Below are positions 24,069-38,586 of a stretch of 58,385 bases of DNA, one piece after another. Under the pieces are notes generated by a model. The model was not told the origin of the DNA and searched no databases. It saw only the letters and a program-made list of their open reading frames with translations. Numbering within the stretch: position 1 is the stretch's first letter; each line of letters begins with the position of its first letter. The DNA comes from Bigelowiella natans CCMP2755 (taxonomy: Eukaryota > Protista > Cercozoa), in the NCBI GenBank assembly GCA_000320545.1, contig ADNK01003093.1, forward strand, positions 1 to 58,385, read 5' to 3'. Made by a program: the position numbers and the translations under genes.

Positions 24069-24706
24069 TAGCATTTTCTTTTGTGTAGAATTTTCTTCTT
24101 CTTTTTTCTTCTTCTTCTTCTTCTTCGTAGACAATGCTCACGACAAATGCTTGTGAGTTGTTGTTTGTTATTTCTAATGGTGAAGTCATCATACTTATAA
24201 TTGTGTTGGCCAACGCAATTGTCAAGATACGGGCAATGGTGGTCCATTCTCATCACACACGCCTATTATACATAATACAAACGCAAAGAGAAGAAAGAGA
24301 AAAAGAAAAAGAAAAAGAAGAACCAAAAGAGAACCTAGGTGAAAACTAAGAACAGGATACTATAGATATTAACCACTTGGTCATCTATGCGCCTCATCAG
24401 TCATAACATTTTTTACTATACGAATTGACAAGACTATTAAACTACATATAGGGAAGAAGATACTACTTGAAGAATCATCAGAATGAAGATAACAACGACG
24501 AGTCGTTACTATGGTGAGACATTCTCATCATCATGTACATCTCCTCACTCATATTTAATATATGTGGTATTTGAATGGTGGTAGTTGATGGTAATAGGTA
24601 AGCTATCCATCCATCCTCACGAGTTGTTATGTACGTTGCATTGGCTGCAGTGATGAGAACGATCAGGTTTAAAGTGAGAGCACCTTTTCCCAGCAAGAAC
24701 AACAGC

Positions 24707-24737
<31 letters not shown>

Positions 24738-27175
24738 AGCAAGATAGCAATCATAATCGCACCATTATTGTCAAAGTCCCTGGAGGAGACAAATGGTTTC
24801 AAATGTGAGAATCAACGATCCAATTAAGAAATTTATTCCGAGTATCTTCCTTTCTCTCTTCCCCCCCTTCCTTATTTTCATCATCATCACTATCCTAATA
24901 TTCTCTCTTACATCTCATCGTAATACTATAGTATAAGCACTAGTTCCTAGCTAATACGAATAAGTACTACTGCTACTACTACTTGAAACAGTATCTGGGA
25001 TATTCAGCAGCTTTTTTCCTCTCAAACATTCTAATGCTAAGAAGTGCAACCGTAGTATGGAGGTGATAGTAGTAGTAGTAGTAGTAGTAGTAGTAGCATT
25101 TATTAGAGATGTATGTGCAAATAATGATGATGTATGGACAACAGCAGTATCATTAGCATTAGCAGATTGTCGGTCGTCTGATATTGATGATGATATTGAT
25201 GATGATGATGATAGTTTCCTCCTCCCTCCCCTCCCCACGATGTTAAAAGGATTATTATTAGTCGTTTATTAGTAGTAGGTGAAGTAGGTAGCTAGTATCA
25301 GTATCATCGTAAGTTTTTATAAATTCAAAATCTGTGATGGTCTATTATTTATTTGTTAATTTACTTGTTCAATTATTTATTGTTATTTATTTGTTAATTT
25401 ATTAGTTAAGTTTGTTATTTTTATTTATTAATTATTATCATCCATCATTTTCTACAGTTTGATCCAATCGATGTCTTGCTGTCTCATAGCTTCCCACGCT
25501 GGATTGAGTATTTCACCATTCGAGGCTCTATTGAACCATTTGAGATCTCGGTACATCTAATAATAAGAGAACGAACGTACACACGACAAAGCAACACAAC
25601 AAAAGCATTACCATCACCATCACCATCACAGGACAACGATTGCGTCTCCTCCTCCTTAGATGCTTTTGCTGCTACTACTACTACTAATAATAACAATACT
25701 CCTCTTCCTGGTAGCAGCAACACGTTTACAACTCTTGACAATGATGATAGAACGTCATCATCCTCATCATCGATAGTAGGTTAGAAGATAACAAGTGTAG
25801 TTGTAGTAGTGTGGTGGTAGTACATTGACAATCCAAATATGCACATTTTCCGTTATTCCAAGGTTCTGCATCTTCTCAAACCAGTCATAGTCTCGATACT
25901 CCTTTTAGGGTTGTTGTTTATTGCGTTAATACTTTACGCCATATAAGATAATAGTAGTACTTTGGTTCCGTAAGTTTGAAGTATTGTAGGATGATCGATC
26001 ACGTATTATTGTTATTATTATTATTATTATTATAATTATAATTATTATTACGTATTTTCCACAGCGCGGTTTAGGGTGCCAGTTCTCCGATTTGTCGTAC
26101 GGATGATGCCTTTTTTCTGGATATCTACTTGAGACGTATCTTAGTAGTAGTAGTAGTAATAATAGTAGTAGTTGTGGTAGTAGTAATAGAATTAGTTTTT
26201 GGTGGAAACACCAATTTTTAAGTATCCAACTGACGTATATTCCATAGATGTTGTGTTTTTGAGTCAGGCAGCAGCAGCAGCAGCAGCAGCATCAGCATAG
26301 CAGTATGTATAACAAATAAGTCTCTGTACTATAACGAGCAACCCTGGATTTGCCCAAGAACTTCGAGCAAGGGAGATAACAGTCATTGCTGACAACGATG
26401 ACAACGACGACGTAAGAGGAAAATAACAACGGGAAACAACATCTTGCATCGGGTGTGTGTGGATCATAGGAAAAAACGTTGGGTAGTGGTTAGTCCTTAA
26501 GTCACACATGTCTATGTGCTAAGATGGTGGTGGCTACTTTTCAATCGCTATGCTTGATGATGAAGCTATTCATGATTAAAACTTTAGATGAGTTTGTTCA
26601 TGTTTATAATTTTGGCGTATCTCGTCTTTATCATCATACCGAATAGCACGTGGAAGATAATTGTGATGGATAAAGCAACATTCGTTCCCCATTTGCTACC
26701 ACAGACGATGCGACGAATAACAGGGCAGAACAAAACGATTAGAAGAGCTTTCTCGTTATAAGTAAGTGTTTCAGGAGTAGCTAAATTTTAAGGGGCAACG
26801 TTATTTGTACTTTTGCTCCACCACTTCGAATCTTAGGGTTTCGTCATAGATCTGAAATATGATGGTGCTTGGTAAGCTGCAATATTGATCTCATTTTTTG
26901 TTTGTGATGATGGTGGTTTCCAAATAAGTGGAGAAAGAAGAGGACTTTTTTTCTCGATCAATAGCTTGTTTGAGAAATAGCATAAAATGATTTAGTAATA
27001 TTACCTGGGGCAAGAGGATGTAGAGGAGAAATAGTACATAGTGCAAGGCAATGGCCAGTATTAAGCCATAATGCCGCACCTACTCAAAATACATCGTCAT
27101 GTTTTCACCTAATTTGCCTTAGGAACAACGCGAAAATGATACCTTAAAATATTTCACGATCCTATGAATTTCAGC
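21489..27175 (-). CDS. DHHC-type protein S-palmitoyltransferase (zDHHC), multi-exon; start not resolved
   Basis: CSHFKPDRSHHCSQCN (24640-24690); CVMRMDHHCPYLDNCVGQHNYK (24193-24260); FFLLTQFYGALTLF; ARSSWANPG (DPG-like); FHIEITLEGITTIE (TTxE motif); last exon ...AESKHDK*. Confidence 0.92.
23720..23819. repeat. 50-bp perfect tandem duplication in DHHC intron
   Basis: cacgagataccaccatcagcatcagcatcagcagcagggaatgatgaagt x2. Confidence 0.95.
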
Positions 27176-27719
27176 CTAAAGTAGAAATTATATATATGAA
27201 AGCACCCAAAATCTAACCACCACCAATATGGGATAAACATCAGTCTATTGATAACAATTTTGGGTACGATGACAAAATAAAAATCAATCATTTCTTAGGT
27301 GGTGGTGGATCACATCGAGTGATTTAAGGGGGGGGTCCTCGTGCAAGTGCATGGACCTAAAGATAAGAGGATGTTAACGAAGATACATTTATATCATAAT
27401 CTCAAATTCCCTATCGTACATTGTGCGTGAGCAGGAGGGGGGGAATGGTAGAATTCAAATCTGAAGATGTTTCAAATCAAGCCGAAGTTTTAAATTTAAT
27501 GAGAGTTATTATTTTGTCCTGTGAAATGCTTGTCGCATTGCGGAAACCCCATTAGATCCAATACCATGTGGTAAGCAATGTCATTTTTATGTTACGACAA
27601 GGAATTAAATGATGTCGTTCCACCTTCTCGTCACGTAACAACAACGGCAACAACGACAATAATCTGTAATAATGGCGTTACCACACGCCCCTCTGGCTCA
27701 AGAAATTCGTTATTACCAG

Positions 27720-28961
27720 GAAACTTCATCTCGCCACTGATAAAGACCAGGACGAGACGAATACTGCAACAGATATTGATTTTCCCTTTGCACAAGAAAA
27801 GGTACATAGCCCCCTCTCTCCACGCTACATTCACGGAGCTAAGCTTTTATTCTGTAGGCCGGAAGAATAATGAAGCACATACCGTTGGGGCCCTCCAGTA
27901 TATTAAATTTGTAGGAAGATGCCAGTGAAAGTTTGTGACGATCCTGTCGAAATTCCTCCCCCCTTCATAAGGGATTTTGAGACGTCCGATGCTGAAACCG
28001 TGGCTCATTTACAACAACTCCATGGGTTGCACGAAAGGTAGTAGGAGCAATGTCTGTCCTATGAATACCTATCTAACCTTTCAAGAGAAAGTATCTAATT
28101 TATCACCACATTTAAAACAATCGCTAGGCTAATCGAACACTTCAGATACATGATGCTCACGCATACTGGCGTGACGGAATCAAGTTCTCAGATAGATCAG
28201 CATCAGGAAACGATGAGCTTCGAAACTATGACAGGCACAATCCGCCGAAAGTCCAAAAAAACACCTTGGTTGCCTGATGGTAATGTTTAAACGATGTAAA
28301 CGATGTCTACTTGATATGTTTGGCATTGACTATTATTGTTCTTCCAGGGCCCTGTCAGCTTAAGGTGTTCTCTGTCTGTGAAGGATCAGATAGCAGCCAT
28401 TCCGGAAACTTTTTTGCCATAGTGACCATCTTTGTGATCGTTCTATCATGCCTGGGTTTCATAATCGAAACACTTCCAGAGTTTACGAAAGAAGATGGCA
28501 AGACACCCGAGGTGTTTGTGGTTATTGACATGGCTTGTGTAATGTACTTCACACTTGAGTTCCTGCTGCGGATAATTACGGTATTACGTTCTTTCTATGT
28601 TGAAAGAGGAGGAGTAGGAGTAGGAGGAGTAGAGTACCCACGAGATGATGAAGTAGATGTCCTCCAAGTGTAGAAAATAGAATTTGATGTTGAATATTGA
28701 CCCCAACATCATCGTATAGTTGAAAGAAAACTTTATGATGATCATCATCATTACCATCAATGTGTATAGGTTCCATTCGTGGATACGAAGGAGTTGATAG
28801 TATTAGGCTACTCTCAAGTTCCACCTAATCTATCAAATACGTCATGGCTTGGATCATGTAAGAAGAAGATTATGATGTTGCTCCACTTTCAGCATCATTC
28901 AACGAGCTTTGTTGCCATTGGACTCGAGTGTATGCTAGAAACTACTTCCAAGAACACATGC

Positions 28962-28995
<34 letters not shown>

Positions 28996-30333
28996 AAAGT
29001 AGTAGTAGTAGTTAGTAGTAGTAGTAGGATTAGGAAAAAGGAGAAGAAGCAGAAGAAAATACCGAAGAAGAAGAATCTGGTGCTGTCAAGTGATGAACAT
29101 CATAGATCTGCTTTCGGTAGTATTAACGGAAGATAAATATCAATCAACGTGTATAACGTAGCTAGTATGGTTCTGGATATGGCCACTCACTTGTTACCCG
29201 TACTAGATTTTGCCATTTTGGATTAATCTTATCGTTGGAGATTCTACAAACACTGCATCTACTTCTTTTCTACGAGCACTACGGCTTTCGAGGATTTTTC
29301 GAGTCTTCAAGTTTGGGCGATTCTCACGATCAATATACGTGGTGCCGATGGTAATAGCGAACGATTTCAGATAAACTACTACTACAACTACTACACGTAC
29401 AAGACAATACTCTATTGTATCTTATCTAATCGTCGTTTCTTCCTGTGAATCTTCCACCCACTCAGGTCATCCAGCAATCTGCTTACTCAATATTTCTCAT
29501 GGGGTTCATCTTAATGATGATGGCGGTTCTATTTGGGTCCATAATGTATCTCATTGAAGGAGGACGCTATGACAATGAGACAAGCTATTATATGAGGACG
29601 AACCTCTATGGGGTAATGAGAAGAGAGTCAACTTTCACAGGAAAATAATGTGCTCTCTCTCTTTTGCCTGCAATTAATTATAGAGAGAATATTATATTTT
29701 CTTGGTGTAGCAACAAATAACTTCTTCAATAAAATCTGCTGCAAATACAGGAAAGCACACTATCCTACAATTTGTTATCCTAAAAAGCACTGTTTGGTTG
29801 TAGGATGGCGAAGAAAGAACGCCTTTCTTATCAATTCCTCACGCAATGTGGTGGTTTATGGTCACCACAACAACTTTAGGTTTGTTAGCCATAACATTTA
29901 GGTTCATGTTTTCATGAGAAAGATTTTCTAACATTGTAACAAGTGATGACGTCCGATGATTTAATTTGTGGTCATCATACATGACAGGATACGGTGACAT
30001 GTACCCAACAACTGATGAAGGAAAGATATTCGCAGTTGTGGCCATGTATCTAGGCATATTGATTATTGCTATGCCCCTAGCAATCATTTCACGTAACTTC
30101 GATGTTGTTACATCGAAAGCAAGGACTGAGGATCACATTCGCATGGCAATTCAACAAGGTCAGTGTACGTTTAACTTGGAAAATTCAGCAGCCAATGACT
30201 CCTTCTAAAGCATTCCAAGCATTATATTGGCATTTTTCGAAATTGAAAGATGATCTTCCAAACAAAATCAAATTCGTCCAAGTCTTTTTCCTTCTTTATA
30301 TTTTCTCCTCAAATATGTGATGGTGATGACGAC

Positions 30334-30365
<32 letters not shown>

Positions 30366-30739
30366 GTGTGTGATCACTTAGGTCAGAAAAAAGAGGTTAA
30401 CCTTGAAAACTACGTTATGGCTACGGCATTGGAAGTAAGTATAGAGACGACGTGATGATGATGATGATGACGATAATGCAACTTATAAAGAAAATGAGAT
30501 ACTGATTCGATAGATTGCTTAAACAATGCATTATTCCCAAATGATCTCTTTTTCTATTCGCGTCTCTCGCACCCCTCACACACAACAATGATGTTGGTAA
30601 TTGGTACATCTCATCATATGTAGGTTGCCAAACTTAACAAATTGATGAGCGAGGTGATTGTAGAGCTTGTAGAACTCAGTAGAGAGAAGTAGTAGTCACG
30701 ACACTAAGTCAAATGTACCAGAAACCATAACTGTTGTAA

Positions 30740-30786
<47 letters not shown>

Positions 30787-31472
30787 TATTATATGAGAAT
30801 TGGACCACTCGTATTTGGTTTTGTGGTTTTGAAAGATATTATTGGCGTTGATAGTGTGATAATATGAATTACTCTAACAATGTTGTATCTGGTAATTAGG
30901 TGGTTGAAGGAGAAGAAGAGGAGGAGGAGGAGGAAGACGAGGAAGAAGAAGAAGCAGCAGCATCTGCTACAACAAGAAAAGCTACTACAACAACTACTAC
31001 TACTCTTTCAGTAGTCCGCAAGCTGAACACGGCAACAGATGAGGTGCTTTCGAAGAAAAAGAAATCAAAAACAACGTCGGCGGTTCAAGATGAAGACAGT
31101 GTATCTACAAAATTAAAGGGTAGTAAGTATGCAAGCCACCAGTTCTAAAGATATAATGCCTCTCTTTTCACCGCACCATCCTCCTTCCATCCTATAATCT
31201 GCATATATTGTATGTAGTTGTCATCCATTTAGCTAGTTTTTATAGCTTCTTCGGTCAAGCATTGGCTTCAAGAAGTGACTTAATTTCCACACATAGTTTC
31301 TTAAGAGAGCTCATCATCAAGCATTCTTCTTCCCTGATTATTCAGACGATAGGGAAGAAAAGGACAGCAAGATGGCTATAGGAAGATCATCATCGATGTA
31401 GGCTAATTCACACAAAGAGGGGAGAGATTACACACGAAATTAAACTAATATTAGCTATACGTACCTACTGCA

Positions 31473-31507
<35 letters not shown>

Positions 31508-31511
31508 TATG

Positions 31512-31583
<72 letters not shown>

Positions 31584-33072
31584 ATTTGTAAATAATGTGT
31601 AAATACGTGCATCCATGAAGAGCAGTTTATATGTACGTTTTATGAGATTTGTTGGACTTAGTATGGACTATTGGTCTACCAACTCACACGCCGTTGCTTC
31701 TTATTCATCTACTTCTCCTTCTCATTCAATCGTCGTCATTTTGATCACAAAACTTTCTTATTTTCATGCTGTGCCTGATTTATCCAATCTACGAACGTTT
31801 ACAAATAGGGAAAACGATCACTTTTTGACATCGCAAGATAAGAAGGTAATATTTGAGTTTGGGTGCTACGTATATTATTATTTCTATCAAATGTGCTGCA
31901 TGTATGTGTAGAACTGGGTATGATGAAAAAGATGAAGCAGAGAATAAAAATTTGTAATGCTAATAGTCTTGTCGGCAGAATCAGTAGATGCTCTAATGGT
32001 CCTCCTCCTCCTCCTCCTCTTCCTCCTCCTCCTCCTTTGCATTGTTTAGTATTGACATTAAGAGATACAACATAACGATGTTATGATCACGATGATTCGT
32101 AGGCTATCCCTGATTACAAGGGAGAGCCTTCAATAAATTGGGAGGCAGCTGAAAAACGCCATTCTGTCGTACTAAGCGTTGGAACATACTCCAAGGTAGA
32201 CTATAGTAGTTATAGTGGTAGCACTACTACGACTGCTACTTAACTCTTAACCTTGACCCTAACCTACTGCATCACATTCTAACTCCAACTAATCTTCCAT
32301 ATTCAGTCACCCCCCGTTTCTCCCTCTGTAATGCTGCTTGGAGGCCATGGTGAGAAGGCTCATGATGGAACAACCAGTGGTAGTTCAGACCAAAAAGGAG
32401 GAGGAGGAGCGGGGGGGGGAAGGGGGTGGGGGCTATTGTTGCTGAGCCTCCTCCACTTATTATCGTCATTATCTTCACCATTGCGATCAACGTCGTTATT
32501 CATCTAATACAAACAGCCTTCATTCATAACACCCATTCGTTGATTCTCTTCGTTGCATGGTTGCATCGTTGCATCGTCATAAACAATAGCTGGAAGTCTC
32601 ACAATGGCAAGTGAGCTAAAGCCGCCCAATAGAAGAAGAAGCTCTCGCAAGTATTTATTTTCTATATCCGCATAATATTACAAAGAGTATCAGCATAATA
32701 TTTTGCATATCATCTTGCCGGTAATAACAGGTCTGATGAGGGGAAAGCGATGATGCGGTCCTCGAATTGGAATGAAAAGGAAGATGATAGGGTAAATAAG
32801 AGTGTGATTCAGATGGCAAAGAAGATTGAGCCCAAATGCCAGCTGTGTGAGGTACACCGAATATAAGTTGTTCTTAGATTCGCAGTTGTTTTGTCTTCTT
32901 AGTCTTCTTTTCTTCTGTTTCTCTACTACATTGTATGATTCCTCAAATACTACAACAAGATTATTGTATACCGCATTCGTGATTATTTTCTTCTTTTCAA
33001 TTACAAGTGTCATCCATGTCATATAATCATCATCATCTTCATCATCTGAAGATATGTTTATGTGAATAACTG

Positions 33073-33105
<33 letters not shown>

Positions 33106-33206
33106 CATGAAAGGTCTTGATGACCTACGAGGCGCCTCTAATTTCTAAATTAAAAGAGGGGATAGAAGCCCTCAACGCAGCCATTCAAAGTTCAAGCAGC
33201 ACCTAA
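27720..33206 (+). CDS. Voltage-gated K+ channel (6TM Kv/Shaker superfamily), multi-exon; termini approximate
   Basis: S1 FFAIVTIFVIVLSCLGFIIETLPEF; S2 CVMYFTLEFLLRI; S3 MNIIDLLS|ILPFWI; S4 FLRALRLSRIFRVFKFGRFS; S5 FILMMMAVLFGSIMYLIE; pore FLSIPHAMWWFMVTTTTLG|YGDMYP (intron 29880-29987); S6 GILIIAMPLAIISRNF. Confidence 0.93.
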
Positions 33207-33439
33207 CTAGAAGTCCTGCTTCTTGCCACAAGCACATCCATACAACACCAAGGCCCAACAATGAAATACTCTATTCGTCTTCCCACAAATTACCCACCGT
33301 CAGAAAAATCAATAACAATGAAATTATTAGGCATGCTTGTACAACTAGTCACTTCTATACGCACCGCTGCAATCGGACTACTACCATGCTCATAGTTAGA
33401 GTACATCGCGATGAGGGGGATACTCATGTAGCAAGTACC

Positions 33440-34210
33440 TTTCGTATCACCTTGCTAGCGCTCGCCGGTGACATCATCTAAGCCGCCCGCTGCGATCAAG
33501 TGTACGATCTTTGCTTGAATGACGGCCCGAGCGAAACTCGTAATGTTGTAATGTAAGAAATGCCGAAATTGAACAAAGGCTACATGTGCATTGCTAGCTA
33601 GATTGCATGCGTGGCACATTCTAGCACTGCAAAGAGTGTGCATTACGCACGCATCATGTGCTCATCAGTAAATCATTGTCCCGTGCTAGCTAGCTAGCAT
33701 GATGCACAAATGCAACAATGATCGATTGTTTTTTGCTTCCGTTTCGTTTAGATGTGATCATGAACACAACGCTAATGAAGCATGGCACACGCACGATGCA
33801 GCAAACATCGCAGCATGCAACAATGATGACGTGCATCGCAAACAAGAATCGTTTTGCACGCGCATGCATGCTAGCATGCATGGTGCATGGCGCCCGGCGA
33901 GCGCACACACAGCAACATGTCTAGACTGCTACACAGCTAGACAGCTAGACCATGCAACTATGTACGTATGTCCATTGTTGCAGCACGTGGATCATGACGC
34001 TGCATGCAATGGGACAAGTTCAGTTGCGAGCGATTGATCGATGCGTGGTGCGACTGACGCGAACAATGCGCACGAACACAAATCGAATTGCACGTCACAG
34101 ACATCATGCACATGCCACGGGTTTCGTGCTCGATCAGCGTTGTCAAAAACCCTTACTCCAACAATTGATTGAGTCTACGTCATGCTGCATACATGTCAGT
34201 ACAAAGTCCA
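33440..34210. other. Palindrome-rich intergenic block 4 (after Kv 3' end, before ankyrin gene)
   Basis: gctagctagctagcatgatgcac, gcacgcgcatgcatgctagcatgcatggtgcatg, ctagactgctacacagctagacagctagac. Confidence 0.7.
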
Positions 34211-34353
34211 AATCTTCACGGGCAATTTTCCTACTATTTTTGGAATAATAATAACAACAATAACAACAATCTAGATATCGTTGCATCCTCCCCCCCCCGC
34301 TCCCGGCCCCTGTGCGCTTTCCTGAGGCCTGGGCCTGGTAGGAACTAGGAACT

Positions 34354-37099
34354 ATGGAGCAAGGCCCTGCCCCTGGCGAGAATGGGGCCTTGGACCGGGC
34401 GAGAACGTACGTTTTGAAGCGGCAGCTGAGTCTCACCAGCAGCCTCCCGATACTCCTCCATGCGTCAGCCGAGTCTGGCGACCTCAAGGTATGAGTGCGG
34501 AGCGCGCCTTGTTTGTTATGAGAAGATTCGAAATGCTGTCAGAGTTGACGCAAGTGGCAATGGCTTAGTCGCTCGAGAAGCATCTGGAAGAACGAGACAC
34601 ATTGCTGATGAAATCTCTGGGCAGTGCTATGGATGCGCTCGAGCAGCACCGCTTGGAGCTAAAGGTGCGTGAGTAAGAGGCAGTAGTAGTCTTGATGTGA
34701 TGTAAGGGCTCCTTACTAGTCAGTATTGGGAGACGCCTTTGAGGATTTTTTTCTAAAATTTTTAGCTTTTTTCTTAACACATCCGATTGCCCTCTTTTCT
34801 GACGCGCAGGAACTCGTGGAAAGTAACAAGAACGCGCTGGGAAAGGAGTCCTCTGTGAAGGCATTCTCAACCAAGATGCGTTTAATAGCACAGGAGCTCG
34901 ATGACCTGTACAAAAGCAGGATCCCAGCTCTAAGCGAAGTAACCAATGGAAAGGACAAGTAAGCGTTCGTGTAGCATTGGAAACATAGCATAGGCCTTGA
35001 TTTGCGCAGTCACCACATTTCCCCAGGCTTCATCCTAAGTAAACTTGAAATGCTGCATTATTCGCCCACCAGCTATCCATGCAATGCAATTGAAGCCCTA
35101 GTAACCCAAAACACTCTGCAGGTTGAACGTTCTCGAGCGCGCTGCATTTCATGGCAATTTGGAGATCTGTCGGCATCTCGTTGAAAAGTGCGAAATGGGC
35201 GTCGTGGTAAGGACGAATGTGGTTCGTCCTCGCTGTCCATCGCTCATTTGGGCAATCAAGGGGAAGCATTTGAAGGTTGTGAATTCTCGTATCTATATGC
35301 GCAGATTTAGCTTTGGCGTCGGCGCATTGTATTGTTGTCTGGACTCACATCCCAACGGACACGCCAGTTCTGGCCACCCGCATTCTTAAAAAACACGCCT
35401 TCTTAACAACCTCTGCTCCTTACCCCCCTTTCATACCGTTGAGCAGGTGATTCAGTACTTGGTAAAGAAGAATGCGAGCATGTGCCTGGATCACAGGTAT
35501 GAAAGTCCTTACACGCCGTGCCAGAAACCCGAAAACAATGGCAACACAGCTCTACACTTTGCTGCAGAGGCATCGCCCAAGATCACTGGCTTTCTTCTCG
35601 AACGAAAGGCCAACATAAATGTACGCAACGAGAAAGGCCTCACGCCATTACTCCACGCGATGGAAGGGGATCACGGCGAAACATTCAAGGTCGTTCACGC
35701 CAAACATCATCCTTCACAGCGACTACGATGAGAGCGACTTGTGCCAAAGATAGAGGGGTCCTTGCCCATGGGAGCCTGTCAATGCTTCAGCATAACACGC
35801 GCACCGCTTTCATTATCCGAGTTGTTTTTTCTTGTCAAAATGCCACATCTAGGCTTTTGCTATTACTTCGCTACCCCCCTCCTCTCCTCCCCTTCTCCAA
35901 AACTATTTTTTAACGCGAGCTACCTTTGCAAAGGTGATAGCCCGTGCAGACTTAACTGCGGCATTCCAGGAAACATTATTTCCACTGGTTGAGTCGAGGA
36001 AAGTCAGGTGCCTTCGGGCGTTACTAGAAGAAGGAGGCCTCGGAGAGTGGCGCAAGCTCGCAGTAGAAAAGCGGAAGAAGTGTGTTCGAAGCTTGATGGG
36101 GAGACAGGATTGCGAAATGCTCCAGATTTTATTCAAGACTGGCATACTTGAGCTTGCCGCGAAGAAGGTGTAGACTTTAGAGTGATGAGAGACTCTGATC
36201 ATTATGTTAGCGGTATGCTCTTGTGATAAATTATTAAACAGTACATCCCCGCCGCATCTACTAATGCCAGCACCATATCAAATCAGAGGCCTGAATGTCT
36301 CACGGAGGATAGCGTTCTTCTCGCAGCTCTAGGCGCCCTTCCTCGCACCATTTCACAGCTAATGCAAGACAACACGAGGAAGTTTATCAAGATGGTCGCC
36401 CATCCTTCAAATGTCAATGTAAAGTCAGCAAAAGGAGAGACGCCTCTTGGGGTTTCGTTAAGGGTTATACGTGAATCGAAAAGCTTTCTATGTGATATCG
36501 TGAAAGATCTGATAGCCGTGAAGGCGGACGTTGATGTACGTGAGGGCGATGAACACAAGGTCGGTCGTTGATATAGATGTGACCGAAGACGATGTATTGC
36601 TGTTATAATGACACCTCCCTCCCCTCTCTCTCTCTCTCTCTCTATAAGATATACCATGGCGTATTTCCACAATTACAAATTCGTTCACCTAGCCCCCCCC
36701 TCCTCCCCATACGACACAAACACGCTATGCTTCAGGAACATCTACCCATAGCATCTGCACAAGTCCATCTCATCTTCAAGGCAGTTAGGAAGAGGTACCT
36801 TCCGCTTCTAAACATCATCCTACTGCGAACACGCGAAGGGCATTGCATCAATAACTGGAGGGATGAGGACGGCTACACGGTGTGTGCAGCTGCCATACGA
36901 TATGGCTCGCGGTGAGTGCTTTTAGTCTGAACGAAAGATAGCCTCTTCGGGTGGAAGATAATAACGGCAATTTTGGCGATGCAACGAGCAGAGTTGAGGT
37001 GGAAAGGGGGAAAGAGAGAGCTTACAGATACGTGAAATAAAATCGTTGTGTTATTATCGTCATTTCATTGAAATAAAAATAGCATCTCATGGACGAGCA

Positions 37100-37172
<73 letters not shown>

Positions 37173-37421
37173 ATGTTTATCAGAGAGATAGTGCAATGCC
37201 TAGTTGGAGCCAATGCCGACGTCAATCTCCAGTCCGATTCAGGGCTCAGACCCACGCCACTGATGATCGCTGTAAACAATTCCGGTCTACCCCCCTTAAG
37301 GGTAATGCAGCTGGTAGAATTCCTAATGAAGTCTTCTGGAGCTGACTGCTTAGGTGGGTATCTATAGTAACGTTATTGAGTGCTGTTTTTTGTACTAATC
37401 GATCAGTACAGCTTTATTTGT

Positions 37422-37459
<38 letters not shown>

Positions 37460-38586
37460 GTTTTGATATATTATGTTTTAAAATCTGGTTGCGGGGGAAT
37501 AGAAGCAGTGGTTTGCTACGTTCCTGCTAGTAGTGGAGATAACAAAATTAATCTATTCTCTAACTCAACTTTCATGCAGTGAAAGACGTCCGCGGATATG
37601 CCGCTGCGGACTATGTCAAAGATGTTGTTCGGTCTATTCGGTCCACTGAACGGTACTTCTTAGACTGAATGTTGTTATTCGATGCCCTTTTCCACCGAGA
37701 AAAACACAGCTGACCAATCTTAGAATTTCCCCACCGATATCATAATCATTGCCATATCAACTGGCCGGTATACTCAGCACCATAATCTTCAACACCCCCA
37801 ACAGCAATAATATGATGGCGGCGCGCGTGATCGTTGCCCTCTCCCCTTTACACAGTTATAAGAGGGCTCTTTCGGCCGGCCGCAAGGATGCTGAGAATTT
37901 AGCCTACACTGCGATTTATAAGTTTCTTCGCAAAATTGAGAAACGGGTAATGCCTTTATGTCGTTATTATAGCGCCAAAGGCGGTCGTTTCTTTTTTCGT
38001 AACATGAGTTGGTTTTTATAGCATCGCTGCAGCCAAGCGTTGATGCGGGATGCTCCTGCAATTCCCATGCTCTACCCGAGTATAGCTTTCGCGCTGAATC
38101 TCGCTTCGGTGGAATTAAACTATGAGGAAGTGGAGAAACTAGGTTTAAGAATTTCAATCATGTTTTTTTCAAAAGGGAGTGTGTATATAGAAGGGAGGCT
38201 TACGGATACGTACGGTTAGGGATGAAGAGGACAGAGAAAGGGGCAAGAGTGAGAAGGGAGGGGGGGGGGGGAGGGGGGAAAAAGTATGTATTTGCTATCG
38301 AATGTACGAAGGAATACTGCGTGAGTTTCCTACCGCCGTTGTTAATATCTTCGCCCATGTTTCGCCGTTCATACACATGCAAGGGGGGGGGTTCTTATCG
38401 AGAATATTATTCGCAGTTGAAGAAGATCGGAAGTCGTCGCCGCCGCCTCAAGGCTTCAACGCTAACCCCCAGGACGCCTTTCAGTCGTTCTTCAACCAAG
38501 ATTACACACAGGGGGGCGCCCCGCCAGCAAGTGACTATTTGAGTCCGCCGGATGAAAATGGACAGAGAAGGTGTAACACCCAATAG
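34354..38586 (+). CDS. Ankyrin-repeat protein, multi-exon, ending in CaaX-like RRCNTQ*
   Basis: LLHASAESGDLK; LERAAFHGNLEICRHLVEK; NNGNTALHFAAE...LLERKANINVRNEKGLTPLLHA; NVNVKSAKGETPL; GANADVNLQSDSGLRPTPLMIAV; exon phases consistent where checked, including the last exon GGGFLSRIL...CNTQ*. Confidence 0.88.

Noticed and set aside
30270-30440. Frame conflict in the Kv C-terminus
   Set aside because: Resolved by using the tcag| acceptor (KKEVNLENYVMATALE)
32240-32265. Telomere-like taacct/ccctaa words
   Set aside because: Too short and degenerate; intronic
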